Below are positions 1 through 25,463 of a stretch of 64,000 nt of DNA, piece after piece. Positions within the stretch are counted from its first letter, which is position 1. Each line of letters opens with the position of its first letter. The position numbers and the translations under genes were made by a program. The notes beneath the pieces were generated by a model. That model was not told the DNA's origin, did no database searches, and was given only the letters and a program-made list of their open reading frames with translations. This stretch comes from Eledone cirrhosa (taxonomy: Eukaryota), in NCBI GenBank assembly GCA_964016885.1, contig OZ024754.1:22630001-22694000 (forward strand), in the 5' to 3' direction.

Positions 1-79
1 GATTTTTTAGTGCGGGCGATTTCGGGCAGTTTGAACAAATGAGGGGGAAATAATTTCGGCCAGTTTGAACACTAAAAGG
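1..79 (-). mobile_element. End of a piggyBac-like DNA transposon (same family as 15489-16764), inserted at TTAA in an RTE LINE
   Basis: 1-79 is the reverse complement of the left end at 15489-15570. It is followed by TTAA (80-83) and then RTE coding sequence. Confidence 0.75.
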
Positions 80-83
80 TTAA

Positions 84-1192
84 AGTTAACTTGTCTAAGA
101 CTAAGGTTCTAGTATGCAGAAAGGAGAATAGGGCACAGGTACCCTCTGGGAAATGGCCATGCTCAGTGTCTAAGAAAGGAGTAAGCAGAAACTCCATTCT
201 ATGTCCCAAATGCAAACTATGGGTACATGAAAGATGTAGTGGGATCAGTAAGCTACCTAAGAATGTAGATTTTATACATGCCCAATGCTCAGGTGCAATA
301 AGTAGCAAGGGCCCACAGGATACTAGCTCCTTCTACTGCGCAGATGATTCTATAGAAATAGTGGAGACTTTCCATTACCTGGGTGACAAAATCAGCAGTG
401 GTGGAGGGGGCTCTGAAAGAACAATAGCCAGAGTTAGAACGGGATGGAAAAAGTTCAGAGAGCTAATACCGCTGTTGGCCACAAAAGGTTTCTCTCTAAA
501 AATGAAAGGAAGATTGTATGATGCTTGTATACAAACAGCTATGTTACATGGCAGTGAGACAAGGGCATTGTGTGCAGAGGACCTGCACAGATTGGAAAGG
601 AACGAAGCATGCATGCTCCGCTGGATGTGTAATAGTAATATACACGAATGGCAAAACATAAACGAACTAAGTGAGCAATTAGGAATAAGAGGGATCAGAT
701 GCTGTTTACTTGAGAGAAGATTACGTTGGTATGGTCACGTGATGCGCATGAAAGACGACAGCTGTATAAAAAAGTGCAGGGTGATCAAAATTGATGGACA
801 TTACGGAGTAGGTAGACCCAGAAATATTTGGGACAACATGATAAAATCCGACGTTGCACCGACCTGAGACAATGTCACTCGATCAAGATCTTTGGCACCA
901 TACAGTAATACAGAAGACCCACCTTCCCTATGTACAAAGTTAACCTACAGTCAGTAGGCACCTCTTAACCATATATACACCCCAACCCACTACCCCTACT
1001 CCATCCTCCCACTCCCACCAACACCATCCTTTCTCTGTAAAGTTATGTTGGTATCACAAGATCCAGTCCAAACTAAAGAGGTTGTGTAGGTGTCACAACA
1101 AAAAAATAAACCCAGTCCACGCTGCAAAGTGGTCGTGTAGGAGACACAGTAAAAAGGCTCCTAGTCCACACTGTAAATGTGGTTGGTGTTAG
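84..1192 (+). mobile_element. RTE-clade LINE, 3' part (RT C-terminal region and 3'UTR)
   Basis: ORF 91-867 contains FHYLG, ARVRTGWKKFREL, LHGSETR, RLRWYGHVMR and GRPR motifs. The 3'UTR is shared with copies at 6765, 11865 and 12430. Confidence 0.9.
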
Positions 1193-1505
1193 GTGAAAAA
1201 CTTGTTTTTTTTCAGCTTCTTAGGGCTTTTTGGAGGCATTACGTCTAGGCGATTTTCCCGAAATTTCAAGGCATATTATGCACATAAAACAAATTCATTT
1301 TCTTGATCCCCTAGGGCCCGCACTAGGTGAAAACCTGCATTTTCCTGCTTCATTGAAGAAAATCTTAAAGATTATCCAGCCATCAGAGTATTCGATTTAT
1401 TTTCTTTACATATTGTCCTGGTATGCAGTTTTTCTACGATTAGGTCTGTTGGCAGCCCGCGTTCCAAAATACCTTATCCCGTGCAACGCCGGGTACTATT
1501 GCTAG
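1193..1505 (+). mobile_element. Helitron-like 3' end
   Basis: Subterminal hairpin CCCGTGCAACGCCGGG (1478-1493) followed 8 nt later by CTAG|T (1502-1505). Confidence 0.6.
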
Positions 1506-1867
1506 TATATTATAAAGCTGACAGCTGTATGTATGTAACAATCTTTTTGCCGAACGGCTGGACCAAACAGCACCAAAGATGTAACTTTTTCCAAGTAAGA
1601 AAGTGAGGGTATTTTTGTCTACTAAATTTAGTTAAAATATTATTATTGTTTATTTAAATATTCACTTCTGAAAATTTTAAATTTTCAGAGATCAACACTT
1701 CCGGTTATACGACATTCCTCTCTCTTTCTTAGTCTGTCTTTTTAGATAGATACATAGCTATAACGTCGCACCCTTATAATATCTGTCTGGCTGCCTGTCT
1801 GCATTGACTTCGCTTCTAACCAACTTTTAATTAATTATATATATATATAAGTATATATTCGTGTACA

Positions 1868-2740
1868 TATTTTCAACAGTAATACTATACTATATATTTT
1901 CAACAGTAATATTGTACTGAAACTATATATTTTCAACAGTAATACCGTACTATACTATATATTTTCAACAGTAATACCGTACTATACTATATATTTTCAA
2001 CAGTAATATTGTACTGAAACTATATATTTTCAACAGTAATACCGTACTATACTATATATTTTCAACAGTAATACCGTACTATACTATATATTTTCAACAG
2101 TAATATTGTACTGAAACTATATATTTTCAACAGTCATACCGTACTATACTATATATTTTCAAAGGTAATATTGTACTATACTATATATTTTCAACAGTAA
2201 TACCGTACTATACTATATATTTTCAACAGTCATACTATACTATATATTCAACAGTAATACTATACTACATATTTTCAACAGTAATATTGTACTATACTAT
2301 ATATTTTCAACAGTAATACTGTACTATATATTTACAACAGTGATACTATACTATATATTTACAACAGTAATACTATACTATATATTTTCAACAGTAATAC
2401 TATACTATATATTTTCAACAGTAATACTATACTATATTTTCAACAGTAATACTGTACTATATATTTACAACAGTGATACTATACTATATATTTTCAACAG
2501 TAATACTATACATGTTTTCAACAGTAATACTGTACTATATATTTTCAAGAGTAATACTGTACTATACTATATATTTTCAAGAGTAATACTATACTATATT
2601 ATATATTTTAAACAGTAATACTGTACTGTACTATATATTTCAACAGTAATACTATACTATATATTTTCAACAGTAATACTATGCTATGTATTTTCAAGAG
2701 TCATACTATACTATATATTTTCAACAGTTATACTATACTA
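1868..2740. repeat. Minisatellite, about 25-30 bp unit (TATATTTTCAACAGTAATACTATAC)
   Basis: About 30 degenerate tandem copies are visible. Confidence 0.9.
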
Positions 2741-3689
2741 CACAGACGGCTTATCGTCTGTTTATCCAAGTGAAGCTAGGTACGTCAGTTATATATATAT
2801 GCCGTAGAACACGTCAATGGTAGCTGGGGGCCAGCTAGTATATATATATATATTACTAAAATGAATAAAGATACCGTGTCTGAGCAAATTACAGACATGC
2901 ACCATATCGCCTGCAAAGGAAGCTCAAAGAGAAAATTCCGAGCTCTTATTATAAATTCAAAAACGAATGAGATATATATATATAAATATATCAAACATTA
3001 AAACAAGAGATAATTTACAAAGAAAATTGCCGACATGTACCATATTGCCTGCAAATGATCTCCTTTTTTAATGTTTGATATGTTTTTATATATACATGTC
3101 ATTTGTTTTCAACAACCACCCACCCACTTCTGTCCACACCACCCTTACACTGTAAAGCACACAGCCCACAGTGTAAATGAGGTTGGCTTTAGGAAGGGCA
3201 TCAAGCTGTAGAAACCTAGCCAGAAACAGTCCTATATGAACAAGACATGGTCACCTGACCCAACTTGCCTCAAATGGAACAACCCGTCTAACTGTGTTAG
3301 AGTAAAAAATGGATGTTAAACAATGATGATGATGGTGTTATATATATATATATATATAAAACAAGTGACAAGGACTTACACCCAACTTTGTCCTAAGGTA
3401 AAAACTACCAATAGCTATCAACAACACAACATTTAACTCCTCTATAGCTATCCTTGTTTTTCACCTTTTTCTTATTCTGGTTTCTTTTGCCTTCGACTCT
3501 TTGATTCATCATCATCATCATTTTTACGCCCGCTTTTCCTTGCTTGCAAGGGTAGGACGAGAACTGATTCTGGCTTGATTTCTACAGCTGGATGCCCTTC
3601 CTAACACCAACCTCATTTACAGTGAGTGCTGGGTGCTTTTTTGCCATGGCACCTCCACGACCACTTTGCAGTGGAATGATAGGGACCCT

Positions 3690-3842
3690 AGTCCCTATCA
3701 TCTCATTTTTACAGCTGAGTAAACTGGAGCAATGAGAAATAAAGTGTTGCTCAAGGAAACAACACATCACCCGGTCTGAGAATTGAACTCACAACCTTTC
3801 GATTGCAAGGCTAATGTTCTAACCACTAAGCCATGTGCCTCC
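3690..3842 (-). mobile_element. tRNA-derived SINE head
   Basis: Minus strand shows TGGCTTAGTGG (A box) and GAGTTCAATTC (B box), then CCTTGAGCAACACTTTATTTC. Similar to 58062-58180. Confidence 0.65.
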
Positions 3843-6764
3843 ATTAATAAATAAATATAAAGGGTATTAAACATTTTCCCACAATCTGTCAGTTTATCAG
3901 CTATATAAATATATATAATCGATTTAAATATTTTTTATATAAAGATATTTAAATTGATTAAATAAATAGTTATTTGTAATAATTCTTTGGTGAGTGACAG
4001 AACAAATAGGGAATCAATTGGAGACATCTGGTTATGTGTGAAAACACCATAAAACTATTGCACAAACTGTCTTCTTTTCAGATGCAGAAAACAGATACTT
4101 ATCTATCTACCGACTGACTCACCACTGGGAACTCGTATCTCCACAAGGGGTTCAAAACTATTTGAGGGGCTGTCACTATCAAGTGTAGATTGATGGAAAG
4201 GAGATTAGAGATTCTGAAGTAGAGGTGAGTAGAAGTGAGCTGTGGTCAACATCATGATGGCTTCTCTCAACTTCCAGTACACTCTGTTCTATCATTCCCT
4301 CTCTCCCCTTCTTTACCCCCTCATGATGTAGAAGTGTGTTCTGGTAAACATCATGAATGCTCCTCCCACTTCCACTACTCTCTCCCTTACTCTATCATGA
4401 AGTAGAAGTGAGCTGTGGTCAACATCATGATGGCTTCTCTCAACTTCATTCATCCCCTCTCTCCCCTTCTTACCCCTTTATTAGCAGAACATTTCATCAT
4501 GTGGTCCTTTATCATCTTGAGAGTCAGCCTCTTGAGATAAAACTCATCAATTCTTCCTATATCATCCTTAACCTTCCAATTGGAATTTCAGGTCTACCTT
4601 TATCCAGCTGCTATCTTATGTATGCATCACAAGTCCATATCAACTCACTATATCTGATTACTCCTATACCCAATTTATCTCTCAATGGAGCCCTAACATT
4701 CATGCACACTAACATTCCAAGTCAAGCAGAGCATATTTACTCTATTTATTTCACACATTTTCTGCATTCAATACACATGTTTCACTGACATGCAGTGCCA
4801 TTCTTCATACAATCTACCCTCCACCTGGAGAGGAATTCTCTTTGTTTCCAGGAAAGGAAATATTTCCATAACATTTTCTTCCTTGTTCCTGCCCTGGTTA
4901 CTATGCTTTCAGAACTCTCCTTCACTGTTAATTAGGTCATCTAGGTAACAGAGGTTATCAACTACTTCTAAGGAATCTGAGCTGTTAAAAACATATTTCA
5001 GGAGTGGTCTTACTGCTAACTACTCCTCTGTGTGAAGCCTTTCTCCCTCAGCTGGCCTATGATCCCACCACACAACTTATGCACTAATAGTTTATGTACA
5101 CTGAGTACATCATATTGAACTCCTATTTACTCCTTTTCTGTAAATCGATCACAGTTACTTCCCAGAGACCAGTAGAATCCTGTCAACTAAAACGTTTGTC
5201 ATTGCTAGATTTACTTTATGTAAATTCTGTTTGAAATTTTTCTTATTCTTTGACAGATTCAACCATTTATGGATTAGGTCTGCAGTTCAGAGCAGGTAGT
5301 TTCATAGAAACTGCCAGTTGTCCCCTATAAGTCTATCTTCCCCACCTCCATAGAAACTGCCAGTTGTCCTCTATAAGTCTATCTTCCCCACCTCCATAGA
5401 AACTGCCACTATGCTATGTCTCTATCTTCACTGCCTTCTCAACACATGTATCAACTAATACTTCTTTGAACCTATGTCTAATACCTTTCTGCTTCCATAT
5501 CTTCTCTCTGTCTAGTTGCTACTATGATGGCATTAGTCAATTGACCAAGGTATATTCTTTGTGTAAGACTTAGTATTCACCACCATCTGTCTCCTGCAAT
5601 TCCTGTTCAATATCAAAACTACCTGTCTACTGTGTTCACCTGATTGATAGGTGATCAGGTAACTGGCCAATTTTCTGAAGTTTGTTTGGCAAAACATATC
5701 TCACTCTCTCTCAAATTCATTCACTTATTCACCTTATTCCCTGAAACATGTGCTGTTAATTAGGAGACAACAGCTGTTCAGCAAAGAACAAACTGCCTGG
5801 TAATTATCTAAGTTATATAAATTCAATAAGGAATTAATAGATGAATCACCAATTAAGCTGGTAACTAGACTAATAGCTTGGCACCACTTGTTTTTCAATC
5901 ACTTTTTTAAGACATCAGAATGAATAAAGAGAGACAAAAATGGTTTGTATGTATGTGTATGGGGGTGGTAGTGGAAAATAATAGAAAAAAGAAATGAAAT
6001 TTACAGATAATACCTATGTCAGTTTTGCTAGTCTCCAATAAGGTTGCATATGATAGGAAGTTTCTTGGGCGTTTTATTGATAGGGGCTCTAGTCCTATCA
6101 TGAAAAGCAATGTAAAATTTAACATTTTGCCAAAGAACACAACTTGCTGACCAGTCCAGGAATTGAACCTACAATCTTATGATTATGTAGCTAACACCCT
6201 AACCACTACTAATGTGCATGAACGACATAGCATGAGTGAACTGTGAGGAAAACTTGATATAAAAAGTATTGGATGTAGGTTGCAAGAGAGAAAACTGTGC
6301 TGGTATGGCCATGTGATATGGAGGATAGCAACTGTATAAAGAAATGCCAGTAGTTAGAACCAATGGAAAATACAGACCCAGGAGGACTTGAGACAATGTA
6401 GTGAAGAAAAACTCTAAGAAAGTAAGCCTCACAACTGAGATGACAAAGGATCGAGAGGGCCGGCGCTCAGCTGTGATGATGAAGACCTGGCCACAAGCAT
6501 ACAGTATGATCCTTCCACTAGTACTCCCTAGCAGCTATCCTCACCATAATTACACCACCCACTCCACCTATGCCTCCTCCAGTATTCACTCCTTAGCCCT
6601 TTTCTCCATCACTATACTCTCCTCCCTGGTACTGGTGAGTGCCATCTCCACCGACCCCAACTATCTCCCCTTCGCACCACTGCACCACCCCACTAAGCTA
6701 TTCAAACTTACCATTCATCACCATCAAATCACACCGTACTTGCTATAACTTTATACTTATACTC

Positions 6765-7358
6765 ACGTGATGCGCATGAAAGACGACAGCTGTATAACAA
6801 AGTGCAGGGCAATAAAGATAGACGGTAGCCACGGAGTAGGCAGACCCAGAAAAACATGGGACGAGCTGATAAATTCCGACCTCACACGCTTACACCTCTC
6901 CAAGACAATGTCACTGGACCGAGACCTTTGGCGGTACTCAGTAATAGAGAAGACCCGCCTTACCTAAATACAAAGTAAAAACCTACTACAGTCAGTAGGC
7001 ATCTCTATCAAAACACCCCCCCGTCCCACCACCTCCATACCGCCCCTTTCAATGTACAGTTATGTTGGTCCCACAACATCCAGGCCGAAACAAATGAGAT
7101 CGTGTAGGTGTCACGACAAAAAACACACAGTCCACGCTGTAAATGTGGCCGTGTAGGCAACACGGTAAAAACCTCCCAGCCCCACACTGTAAATGTGGTT
7201 GGTGTTAGGAAGGGCATCCAACTGTAGAAAACCCGCCAGACAGTCCTATGCGAGCAAGACAACCACTCTTGCCTCAAGTGGGAAAACCCCCGTCCAAACC
7301 CATGCAAGCGTGGGACACGGACGCTAAACCTGATGATGATGATGATGATGATGATGAT
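6765..7358 (+). mobile_element. 5'-truncated RTE LINE with (GAT)n tail
   Basis: Encodes MRMKDDSC...GRPRKTW, has the shared 3'UTR and ends in (GAT)n. Confidence 0.9.
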
Positions 7359-9959
7359 TAACTCCCTTCTATCATTTCCACCCAATCCCCACAGAGAAAA
7401 GAGATCTCTTCCATAGGGTCAAAGACCAACGACCTCTCTAGTATTTGTGCCACGAAAATGCACCCGGTACAGACTGTAAAGTAGTTGATGATATGAAGGG
7501 CATCCAGCTATAGAAAGCTTGCCAAACAAAAGGTCAGGAGGACTCTTCAAGAGCATGGCAGCCTCCCTAGTGCGGTGATAAATGATTGACGCACCCAGTA
7601 CATGCTGTAAAGTGGTTGATTATAAGAAGGGCATCCAGCCGGAGAAAACTTGCCAAACAAAGGGTTTGTCAGTCGTGTCTAAGACAGGGCAACCTCCTCT
7701 GTGCATTCGGTAGGGCGTGAGACACCGTACATAAGGGAGATGCAGACTTCCTGGTCTGACTGGGAAGTTAATAAGCCCAACTTCAAAACTGACTTTGTTC
7801 TATGTAGACCCGTCCAACCCTTGCTAGAAGGGAAAGTGGACCACTTCAGTACTGACTTGGTGTATGTAGACTTGTCCATCCCTTGCTGGCAGGGAAAGCA
7901 GACGTTATACGATGATTATATATATATTTATATTTATCCATCAAGCTGCCACGTTATTAGAGTAACTTAGCATACACACACAAGTAGACAGTTGAAGCGA
8001 TAGATTACCCCAAGTACAGGAAGCCGAAGAATGTACGTCTTTTCATAGAGATAGCAGCAAAAATAATAAAATAAATTAAATAAAAAGTAAAAAAAAAAAG
8101 CGGTTTTGATATCAATGACATTCTATTTATACTGAAATGGATCGGTTGTAAATTCTCTCTCTCTCTATATATATATAGAGAGAGAGAGACTATGAATTCT
8201 ATGTCCTACGGTTAAGATTTTACCGTTATATATATATATATAACTTATTAAGTAATGAATGACAACCTTAATAACATTTTAGGACAAATAAAAAGAGAAA
8301 AAGAATTAAACAACTTTGGAGATATACTGTATATTTTCTATGTTGTAGTTGCTACCGAAAAGAGAGTGCGAGATTTACAGGATTAGACAGTGGTCGGGGT
8401 GTGATAAGTTACCTCTAGAATTCCCAAGTCAAACCAGAAGTAAAAAGTTGGCAGTAGTAGAAGGAATCGGTAGTTTGAGGGGATTAGGAATATATCTACC
8501 AAGAAACTAATTCTTTCTGTCTTAGATGAAATGCATTTCTTTTATGTTAACTGTCACAGCAAATTCAAGCAGAAATGACAGCAATATTAGAAACAAAATA
8601 TACTGAAGAGATAAAAAAAATGAAATTAAAAGGTTAAAAAAAAAAACATGAAATCTTCATGCGTTTTCAAAAAAAAAAAAAGACTCCAGCAAAAATATAT
8701 CAAAAAGTAAAATATAGATTAATTGATTACAAATTTTCAGAAAAAAACATCAATATATTTTAGTTTAAATGAAAGATATATAATTTTTAGAAATTACTCC
8801 GCTCTAACAAAAAAAAAGGGGGGAAAAAGAATGAAATCTGGGGTTAGAAAAAGCAGATAAGAGTTGCCGATTAAGAAAAATGTGTACATTTTCTACATAC
8901 ATGCGGTTGGTTAATTTCATCATGCTAGAAGTACTATAGGAGGTTATAGTAAACAATGGGAAGAACATATATATAATCAGCGTCAGCAAAATCCATGCAA
9001 ATTACGACCAAGTGACATCTTCCACATCATAGCTGGAACTGTTGTGTTGATAAAGATGATGATGTTGTTAATGATGATGACGATGTTGTTAATGGTGATG
9101 GTGGTGTTAATATTGATTCTTTGATGACGGTGCCGATGGGTCCATTTTAAAAAAGAACAGTTCGTTTTAGTTTAGTTTAAATTTGTTTTTTTTTTAAAGC
9201 GATGAGATAGAGAACTTTCTCTGACCCAGTGACATTAATTGACTAGAAAAGAGAAAAAAAAACCCAGCTAACCAGTCAGTGTCTTACAGCTATCTTCACT
9301 ACACCAACCCTCACTACTTTGTAAACAGAACAAGCGAAAGTAACTTACCTCTCACAGACGTAGAATCGAATTAAAAAGTAAATATAAATAGATCGCTTAA
9401 ACTTTTTTTTTTTATTTCATATAGTTTCTATAATATATATTTAAATTATTTAATCTTAAAGTTTATATATAGATATAATACAATCCTGTCTGATTTGCTT
9501 TCTTTTTGTTGTTGCTTTTAGTTTGAGTTTAAAAACTGTAAGTCACAAGTAGAAGCACAGAAGGGCGGGGTATCAACTGTTGTCCCGGGAAATGTTTTAC
9601 GAAAACAAAGTATCACGTGTCAACATTTAATTTAAATATATTCTTTCTTCTTCTCTATCACTACAACTTTCTCTCCCTCTCTCTCAGTTTCTAGCTTTTT
9701 CTCCTTTTGCCACCTTTACTTTCTCTCTCTGTTCTATCACCACTACTTTCTTTCCCTCTCTCTCAGTTTCTAGCTTTCTCTCCTTCGGCCATCATCTCTC
9801 TATCATACCCACTTTCTCTCCCCCTCTCTCAGTTTCTAGCTTTCTCCCTCTGTCTATCACCACTTCTTCTTTTCCCTGTCTCTGTCATTTTCATTCTCTC
9901 ATAGCCACCACTACTCACTCTCTCTCTCTAATTATACTACCACTCTCTCTGCCACTACC

Positions 9960-10060
9960 TTTTCCGGTTTAACCGGGCAGGAAGTTGACTCCGAATACCC
10001 ATAATGCAATTAGTAAAGCTATTACCGGAAGTTTTTGATACAGGAAGTTGACAATTCTGC
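9960..10060. promoter_or_regulatory. Putative PSMA6 housekeeping promoter with ETS-type (CCGGAAGT/CAGGAAGT) sites and a ZNF143/Staf-like site
   Basis: GGAAGT motifs near 9980, 10027 and 10042, and TACCCATAATGCAA at 9996-10009, 150-200 bp upstream of the ATG. Confidence 0.5.
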
Positions 10061-10141
10061 CGTCTCATGTTCATTGTTGCCTCTTCAGACAAACTAAACT
10101 TTCCAGACTATCAGAAGAAGAAATAAAATAAAACAAAATAG

Positions 10142-22555
<12,414 letters not shown>

Positions 22556-22592
22556 TTGAAACCACTGATACTGTATTAATCCATTTTGTTCA

Positions 22593-22598
22593 AATAAA
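22593..22598 (+). terminator. Candidate PSMA6 polyadenylation signal
   Basis: AATAAA 38 nt after the stop codon. Confidence 0.5.
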
Positions 22599-22739
22599 CT
22601 TTGTCTCTACAATATCTCACTTATATCTATGTTTGTCAAATTTGTCCATATTTCACATTAGCTATGATGTCACAATGCCATGTTTTATCTATCTTTGTCA
22701 CATTGTCTGTGATGTCTTGCCCCCAATGCTGAAGTTTGA

Positions 22740-22920
22740 TGCTAGCTCTTCCATACGTATCTCTCCCATCTCTACTCCAGGGAGTAAAGCTTTAGTTTTT
22801 TCATCCTCTTCCAGTAGCCTATCTCTTTCATTGAGGAAATCCTTTTGATGTAGCTTCGTTGGATTGTTTCAAGTTCTGTGGTTAGTTTGACACTGAGGCA
22901 ACCACGGCTGAGAGAAATAG
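22740..22920 (-). mobile_element. CR1/L2-like LINE 3' fragment
   Basis: ELETIQRSYIKRI...YWKRMKKLKLYSLE*RWER, homologous to the peptide at 58500-58620. Confidence 0.6.
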
Positions 22921-22926
22921 TTCACT

Positions 22927-22960
<34 letters not shown>

Positions 22961-23164
22961 ATATATAAATTATCGAGAATCGTATTTCGGCCCACGAAAT
23001 AACGAAAAACAACCTCCGAGATGTGTGGCAAGTGCTCAATGATTCAGATGAACCAGAGCTATAACAAACGTTAAAGGCCAAACACACTGAGACGATGGTT
23101 AAACAATCATTCGCATAGCCAAAAAAAACGATCAAGTAATTTGGGTCAAATGTATGTATATATA

Positions 23165-25186
23165 TCATCATCATCATCCTTTTATGTCCGCTTTTCCCTG
23201 CTTGCAAGGGTAGGACGGGTCCTATTCAGCACAGCATCTCTCCATTTGTCACAGTCCTTCGTCATCTCCACCGTGAGCTTCAGCGATCTGAGGTCTGTTC
23301 TCACCACCTCCGCCCATGTTGTTCGTGGTCTACCTCTACCACGTCTTCCTTCAACTGGCATTTCCTGGCACTTCTTCACCCATCGGTCATCCTCCATGCA
23401 CATCACATGTCCATACCACCGCAGTCTCCTCTCTCACACACTACATTCTATCCCTCTCAGACACAGTTTCTCTCACAACACATCCATGCTGGGTTGTTCA
23501 TGCACATTGACATTGCACATCCAAGGAGCATGCTTGTCTCATTTCTCTCCAGCCGTCGCATATCCTCTGCAGTTGCTGCCCATGTCTCACTACCATGCAT
23601 CATCGTGCTCCTCACACATATAACCAGCCTTTCGTACGCATGGAGAAACCCTTCTTCGTCAGCAGAGGAAGCAGCTCCCTAAACTTCTTCCAACCCGTCC
23701 CTATTCTAGATACTATGGCCTCGGAACACCCCCCCCCCCCTCCCATACTAATCTGATTTCCTAGGTACCGGAAGCTATCAACCACCTCTATAGCACCCGC
23801 CTGCATTTGAAAAATGTGTCTATCAATGCGACTTCTACTGTCTAATTTCCCTGTACATCTACTGCTTACATATTTCTCCCTACCTGTTAGTTTGCCTGCT
23901 ATCCCACTACATCTTTTGTGTACCCAGGATCTGCATTGTGTGCATTTTATAGAATTTATGCCAGTTCCTTTTCTACATGTCAAACATGGCCATTTCCCTG
24001 ACAGAATCACGGTTTTGTCCTCTTTTCTACTCATCTCATCAACACTTTTGTCTTAGCTAGGTTCACTCTCAGTCCTCTGCTGTTTCCATAACCAGAATTT
24101 ATTCTCTAGCTCCTCTACTGATTCTGCTATAAGAACCAGATCGTCAGCATAGAGAAGTTCCCATGGACAGCCAGTCTTAAACTCCTCTGTTATGGCTTGG
24201 AGGACTATAATGAACAAGAGCGGGCTGAGGACCGAACTTTGATGTACTCCTACTTGTATCTGGAATTCCTCACTAAACTCCATTCCTACCTTGACTTTAC
24301 TGACAGCACCTCTGTACAAAGTTTGCACTGTCCTCACAAGTCATTCCTCAACACCTAGTTTCCTTAGGGACCACCAGATGACAGATCGGGGTACCCTATC
24401 AAAGGCCTTCTCTAGGTCAACAAAGGCTAAGTATAGTGGCTTATTCTTCTCTAAGAATTGTCTCACCAAGAAGAGGGTATCTGTTGTGCTTTTCCCAGGC
24501 ACAAAACCAAACTGCATCTCATCTAGTTTGACCCTTTCTCTAATTAGATGTGCTAATATCCTTTCTGCCACTTTCATAACCTGATCCTTCAGTTTTATAC
24601 CCCTATAATTGCTACTCTCCAGTGTATCCCCTTTACCTTTGTAGCAATTTATGAGAATACTGCTGCATCAGTCTTTGGGTATGACACCACCATATTTAAC
24701 CTGATTGATGATGCGTGCAACCAGTTTAGTGCCTTCAGCAACTATCCCCGACGGTCCAGCAGCCTTATAATTTTTCATTTCCTTAAGCGCCTCTTGGACC
24801 CTATATTCGTCAATCTCAATAGCTGGTCCCTCTGTCGGATCTACTGAGGGTAATTTCTCTCTCTCCCATTCGGTCTCCACATTCATCAGTCTCATAATGA
24901 CATTTCCAGGCCTCCTTTTTTTTTTATCATTCGTGACACAAACTACACCGGCATCATTCTGGACACATTTATCTCCAACAACATCCTGATTTGCATTGAC
25001 ACACTGCCTTGCAATATGGAACACCGCACGCCTCTGATCTTTCCGTTGCAGAACACCTGATGTCTAGCTTCTCTCTTAGCGGCTGTATATCCTTATCTAC
25101 TCCCACCCTTTTTCCAAGCCTTCCATGCTAGTCTTTTGTCTCTAATGGCCCTATCTACTGAGCTCTGCTCCAGCCACAAGTTTCAT
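23165..25186 (-). mobile_element. RTE LINE (second subfamily), decayed
   Basis: QFGFVPGKSTTD, DLEKAFDRVP, LLYADD and GRGRPRTTW motifs, with a (GAT)n tail at about 23165. Confidence 0.93.
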
Positions 25187-25220
25187 ATATATACATACAT
25201 ATCCATATATATATGCATAC

Positions 25221-25252
<32 letters not shown>

Positions 25253-25420
25253 ATACATATACATATTTATATTATGCTTAGATAGCAGAACGTATGTGTA
25301 AAAAACACACACCCGTACTGTGTATTACTTGTGACAGTATCTTGTTAGCTCAATGTATGAAAACAGAGCCGTTATAGTAAAAGAAAACAAAGCTCTTATA
25401 ACATCAATCAATTATTATTT

Positions 25421-25463
25421 GCTGACTGTTTCATCCATACCATGGGGCAGGACTCATCAGAGC
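25421..25463 (-). ncRNA. Minimal type-I hammerhead ribozyme motif (family A)
   Basis: gct-CTGATGA-gtcc..ggat-GAAA-cag-TC-agc on the minus strand. Confidence 0.7.

Noticed and set aside
1868-2740. CRISPR-like regular short repeats
   Set aside because: No unique spacers and no cas genes; this is a eukaryotic degenerate minisatellite.
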